From Thermococcus sp. JdFR-02 (GTDB lineage: Archaea; Methanobacteriota_B; Thermococci; Thermococcales; Thermococcaceae): 61,472 bases of DNA. Below are positions 57,784 to 61,472 of this stretch, in pieces. How positions within the stretch are numbered: position 1 is the stretch's first letter; each line of letters starts with the position of its first letter. The stretch lies in contig MTLP01000039.1 of the NCBI GenBank assembly GCA_002009975.1, forward strand, positions 1 through 61,472, written 5' to 3'. The translations under genes were made by a program, and so were the position numbers. Below the pieces are notes generated by a model, which made no database searches, had not been told where the DNA came from, and saw only the letters and a program-made list of their open reading frames with translations.

Positions 57784-60372
57784 CTAATTTGAAGTCTCAA
57801 TCAACGCTATTATCTTTTTATGTAATTGTTTAATTAATTCTCTCCTGTCTTCCATTAAAACAACATCACTTGAACCGATAACTTCTAGGTTGAAAGCGAA
57901 TGGACTTGGCAAAGTATTTTGCTCAAAAGCAAGTTTAACTTTCCCTTCCCTAACCCATCTCAGGAAAAGCTCAGCATTTTCAATATCCATCTTATCTTCC
58001 ATGATTTCGCGATAAACCTCTTTGAGGAGTGGAAAGTTCGGATAGTTCTTCTTTAAAAGCCTAAGAAGGGTTTGAGCATTAAGCTGCTGTCTGCTTAGAC
58101 TTTTTTTCCTTCCCATGTAGCGTCTCAAAATTAAAAGCCCCCTGTTAGCAACATGCCTAAAGCGCCTCTTCAAAAGTTCCGTATTGTTTAAAGCTCTCTT
58201 TAAAGTTTCTCTTAAGTCTTCAATCTTAAAAAGAGTTTCAATATCTTCCTCACTTAGCTTTTTATCAATTGGCAGAATCAACATAAAGCCGTTGTCACCG
58301 ATAGCCATCCCCACATTAGTCCTCTTCTTTTTGCTAATCAAATAAGCAAAAGCCCTGCTTAAAGCATCGTTTGCTCTTCTCCCAACTAGAGTGTGGAAGA
58401 AATATTTTGCTTTATTTTCCTCTAAAACTTCTTCAACCAAGAGAGTTCTGTCATCTGGAATAATTGAGTACCTCCCTTGCTCTTTAAAGTAGCTTAAAAT
58501 CGCTTTAGCCGCTTTCTCATCAATTTGATACTTCTTCATTAAAATTTCCTCGCCTTTTGGATTATCCAAAAGCTCCTTAACTTCGCTCCTAAATTTCTGA
58601 ACATCTAAAGCTAAGTCAAAGCTTAAAGGCAACATCTCGGAGAACCAAGCAGGGATAGTTGGCTTTGCACCTTCTTTAGGCTCGACATAGATCCTATTGC
58701 CCCTCGATTTTTTAAACTCATACGTTCTCCCCGCTAAAACGAAAATATCTCCGCGCATTAAGCGCTCGGCAAACTCTTCTTCAACCGTTCCAATAAAGCG
58801 CTTATCCAATGTGTAAACCTCAATCTTTGCCTCATCTGGAATTGTGCCAATATTCATATAGTAAATTGCCCTTGTCATCTTGCCTCTTCTTCCAAATTTC
58901 CCTTCATCAAGCCAAATCTTAGCATAAACCCTCTTTTCTTCCAGACCAGCATATTCCCCTGCCAGATATCTTAAAACACTCATAAAATCCTCAAAGCCTA
59001 AGTTATGGAACGGGTAAGCTCTCTTGACAACTTTATAAGCCTCTTCAACATCCCAAACTTTCTCCAATGCCATGCCCAATAAATGCTGAACCAAAACATC
59101 AAGCGGATTCTGTGGAATTTTAATCCTATCTAAGCGTCTATTCCTTGCGTTGTGAGCTAAAACAGTGCACTCAACTAAATCATCCCTATCCAGTACTAAA
59201 ATTACGCCTTTGCTAATGTCATGTAAGCGATGTCCTGCTCTCCCTATCCTTTGCAGAGCCCTGTTAACACTTTTTGGTGAACCAATTAGAACAACAAGGT
59301 CAATGCTTCCAATGTCAATCCCTAACTCAAGCGATGTAGAGCTGACAACACAACGAAGTTCTCCTTTCTTCAATTTCTCCTCAACCTCTAATCTAACATC
59401 TCTTGAAAGGCTTGAGTGGTGAGCCTCTATAAGCTCCGCATATTTTGGAAACTTCTTTTTGAGGTGATAGGCTACTCTCTCTGCTCCACTCCTTGTGTTT
59501 GTAAAAATTAATGTCGTTCTATGTTGCTCGATTAACTCATCCAAGCGATTGTAGAGATTTTGACTGAGAGTACCAGCATCTGCATAAACCAAATCCTCTA
59601 CAACGCTCTCGACTTGTATTTGTGTTTTCTTTGCAAAGCTGACATCAACTATTAAGCCACTTCTTGGTTTTCCATTATCATTAAAGCCAAAAACAAACTT
59701 GGCAACTTCTTCAAGAGGATGAATTGTTGCACTAAGACCAACTCTAACAAAATTTCCCGCTAAATTCTGAAGTCTCTCCAAACTCAAAGCTAAATGAGAA
59801 CCTCTTTTATTCTCGGCTAAAGCATGAACTTCATCAACAATAACGTACTTTATGCTTTTTAGCCTCTGTCCAAATTTTGGAGCGTTTAATGCAATAGCCA
59901 GACTCTCTGGAGTTGTAATTAAGATATGTGGCGGTTTTTTGACCATTTTCTGCTTTTCATAACTTGAGGTATCACTCGTCCTTACTGCTACTCTAATATC
60001 GGGCAATTCATAACCAAGCTCCTTTGCAACCTCTCTAATCTCTCTTAGAGGCTCTTCCAAGTTACGCCTAATATCGTTATTTAAAGCTCTGAGGGGTGAA
60101 ACATATAACACGTAAATTTTATCTTCAAGCTTCCCTTCCTTTCCAAGAATGATCAACTCATTTATAGCAGCTAAAAAAGCGGATAATGTCTTTCCACTAC
60201 CTGTTGGTGAAGAAATAAGAACATTTTCTCCCTTGTGGATTTCAATGACAGCATATCTTTGAGGTGGCGTGAAAGTGCCAAATTTTCTCTTAAACCACTC
60301 TCTAACAGGATCAACTAAAATTTGGTAAATCTCTTCATCTGTGTACTCTCGCTTGGCATATCTAATTGCCAT
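57784..60372 (-). CDS. lhr: Lhr-family SF2 helicase (aLhr2-like, intein-free)
   Basis: SPTGSGKT, TTPESL, DEVH, SAT, HHSSLS, SLELGID, QRIGRAGH, IGTIPDE; no C-terminal Cys cluster. Start at ATG 60372. Confidence 0.92.
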   Translation of the reverse strand: MAIRYAKREYTDEEIYQILVDPVREWFKRKFGTFTPPQRYAVIEIHKGENVLISSPTGSGKTLSAFLAAINELIILGKEGKLEDKIYVLYVSPLRALNNDIRRNLEEPLREIREVAKELGYELPDIRVAVRTSDTSSYEKQKMVKKPPHILITTPESLAIALNAPKFGQRLKSIKYVIVDEVHALAENKRGSHLALSLERLQNLAGNFVRVGLSATIHPLEEVAKFVFGFNDNGKPRSGLIVDVSFAKKTQIQVESVVEDLVYADAGTLSQNLYNRLDELIEQHRTTLIFTNTRSGAERVAYHLKKKFPKYAELIEAHHSSLSRDVRLEVEEKLKKGELRCVVSSTSLELGIDIGSIDLVVLIGSPKSVNRALQRIGRAGHRLHDISKGVILVLDRDDLVECTVLAHNARNRRLDRIKIPQNPLDVLVQHLLGMALEKVWDVEEAYKVVKRAYPFHNLGFEDFMSVLRYLAGEYAGLEEKRVYAKIWLDEGKFGRRGKMTRAIYYMNIGTIPDEAKIEVYTLDKRFIGTVEEEFAERLMRGDIFVLAGRTYEFKKSRGNRIYVEPKEGAKPTIPAWFSEMLPLSFDLALDVQKFRSEVKELLDNPKGEEILMKKYQIDEKAAKAILSYFKEQGRYSIIPDDRTLLVEEVLEENKAKYFFHTLVGRRANDALSRAFAYLISKKKRTNVGMAIGDNGFMLILPIDKKLSEEDIETLFKIEDLRETLKRALNNTELLKRRFRHVANRGLLILRRYMGRKKSLSRQQLNAQTLLRLLKKNYPNFPLLKEVYREIMEDKMDIENAELFLRWVREGKVKLAFEQNTLPSPFAFNLEVIGSSDVVLMEDRRELIKQLHKKIIALIETSN

Positions 60373-60474
60373 CCTCACTCCCAAGTTTGAATAAGGTTTT
60401 GAGTTTTTATGTTTTTGGTCTGATATCAAACAAAATTATTTAAATTTTCAAACTTAAGTTCCATTGGTGAGAGC

Positions 60475-60744
60475 ATGGAAAAACTTGAAAATGCGATTAG
60501 AGAGTTTAACAGATATCATGGAAGCGAGGCTCAAGCTAAGATAGTGAAGATTGAGGGAGATGTGGTTATAGTAGAGTTCAGCGGAACTTTTTGTAAAACT
60601 TGCGGGTTTTATGATTACTTCGATGACCTGAAATGGGGGGCAATGAATTTTGGGCTTAACTTAAAATTTTTGGAAGTTTTGGAAGGTAAAGAAGACTTTG
60701 AGAAAGGAAGGTACCTTGTGAAATATAAGCTCAAAAAGAGCTAA
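60475..60744 (+). CDS. Small conserved archaeal protein with CxxC (Nfu-like motif)
   Basis: GGTGA RBS; EFNRYHGSEA...VIVEFSGTFCKTCG. Confidence 0.7.
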   Translation: MEKLENAIREFNRYHGSEAQAKIVKIEGDVVIVEFSGTFCKTCGFYDYFDDLKWGAMNFGLNLKFLEVLEGKEDFEKGRYLVKYKLKKS

Positions 60745-61189
60745 ACTTAGCAATTTTCTCAACAATCTCAATCACTTTTGGAATAGCTTTTTTTACATCT
60801 TCACTAAGCTCCATTCCTAAATCAATTTCCTTAGCAACAATCCCTATAAAGTGGAGCTCTACTTTAGCCAAGCGTTCATCTAAGGTTATTAAAAGCCTTA
60901 GTCCATCAACCGCTCCCATAAAATGGGCACTCCTAATCTCGGCTTTAAGTTTTTCAAAAACCTCTTCATCCTTTAGATAAATCACTTCCCCAGGCTTGAA
61001 CTTTTCACTCAAGATAGCATCAATTATAATTATCTTTTCCTCACCATTGTAATAAGTTTGAAGCCTAAAGATGTCAGTTCCAAGCTCTAAGACGTTGTAA
61101 CCTTTCTCTTTTAACAGTCTCCCTATCTTAAGCCCAACACCGTCATCTTTCATGAGTTCGTTGCCTAACGCTAGGATTAGGGTTTTCAT
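60731..61189 (-). CDS. Hydrogenase maturation protease (HycI/HybD family)
   Basis: LALGNELMKDDGVG, IIIDAI, SAH, LSEDVKKAIP. Confidence 0.92.
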   Translation of the reverse strand: MKTLILALGNELMKDDGVGLKIGRLLKEKGYNVLELGTDIFRLQTYYNGEEKIIIIDAILSEKFKPGEVIYLKDEEVFEKLKAEIRSAHFMGAVDGLRLLITLDERLAKVELHFIGIVAKEIDLGMELSEDVKKAIPKVIEIVEKIAKFSSF

Positions 61190-61472
61190 TGATTATCCCT
61201 CTCTTCAAATCTTCTAAATCAAAAAGCTGATACTTTTCTCTTTTAATTTCTTCTTTTTCTTTAATTTCTTTTGCTATGATACCAAAATATTTTTTGTAAT
61301 TTTCTAATCCTACGAACTCGCTCTTCCTTTCCAAATTCTTCAAAATCCTTTTTGCCTCTCTGAGAGTTAACTCTTTCCACTTAACTTCTACAAAAAGAGC
61401 CTTCTTCTCCTTTTCATTTAACGCTACCAAATCAATTTCCTCACTTTTATGCCACCACTTTCCAATCTTAAC
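61143..61472 (-). CDS. 5'-truncated C-terminus of a second archaeal ATPase-DUF234 paralog
   Basis: Frame is open from the window end: VKIGKWWHKSEEIDLVAL...EVKWKELT...; its 3' end overlaps the protease start by 47 bp. Confidence 0.85.
   Translation of the reverse strand, partial: VKIGKWWHKSEEIDLVALNEKEKKALFVEVKWKELTLREAKRILKNLERKSEFVGLENYKKYFGIIAKEIKEKEEIKREKYQLFDLEDLKRGIINENPNPSVRQRTHER
61372..61472 (-). repeat. Right copy of the exact 101-bp terminal inverted repeat
   Basis: Reverse complement identical to bases 1-101. Confidence 0.97.

Noticed and set aside
57784-60372. Intein in Lhr (or in Top6, FtsY)
   Set aside because: Protein lengths are normal, helicase motifs are contiguous, and no intein splice or LAGLIDADG motifs are visible.
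1-61472. Linear plasmid, virus, casposon or giant transposon with terminal inverted repeats
   Set aside because: The repeats lie inside coding sequence of two truncated paralogs, the interior is core housekeeping genes (cysS, thrS, top6, ftsY), and no polymerase, Cas1, transposase or integrase is present.

Overview
This looks like a 61.5-kb AT-rich chromosomal segment from a Thermococcales archaeon. The assignment is inferred from the SerK, TIP26 and Top6A/B orthologs, the GGTGA/GGAGG ribosome-binding sites and a GTTCCAATAAGAC...GAAAG CRISPR repeat. Most of it is core genome: hypCD, glmU/uppP, feoABC, dacZ, ubiX, cyaB, ychF, corA, cysS, a Znu-type ABC transporter, rnhB, thrS, mptA, the aIF-1A-rio1-dim2-top6B-top6A operon, ftsY, an FKBP, prolyl oligopeptidase, Lhr and a hydrogenase maturation protease. 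It also carries tRNA-Ser(CGA), a DUF433/DUF5615 toxin-antitoxin pair, a 4-spacer CRISPR array with no cas genes in the window, and a frameshifted Na+/solute symporter. No integrase, transposase or viral gene is recognisable. Most notable observations: (1) both ends are an exact 101-bp inverted repeat inside two inward-facing DUF234 (PD-(D/E)xK) gene tails that then diverge, a possible inversion/tail-swap substrate or simply an assembly break; (2) perfect TTAGG-N4-CCTAA DtxR-like palindromes at the feoA, Znu-type and, unexpectedly, mptA promoters; (3) a near-complete inverted repeat copy in the CRISPR leader; (4) a 4xCBS-HPF fusion (candidate ribosome hibernation factor); (5) a secreted tandem OB-fold protein lacking a nuclease domain; (6) an OB/Zn-ribbon/GNAT/ABC-ATPase fusion of unknown function. 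All family assignments come from motif recognition and memory, not from database searches.
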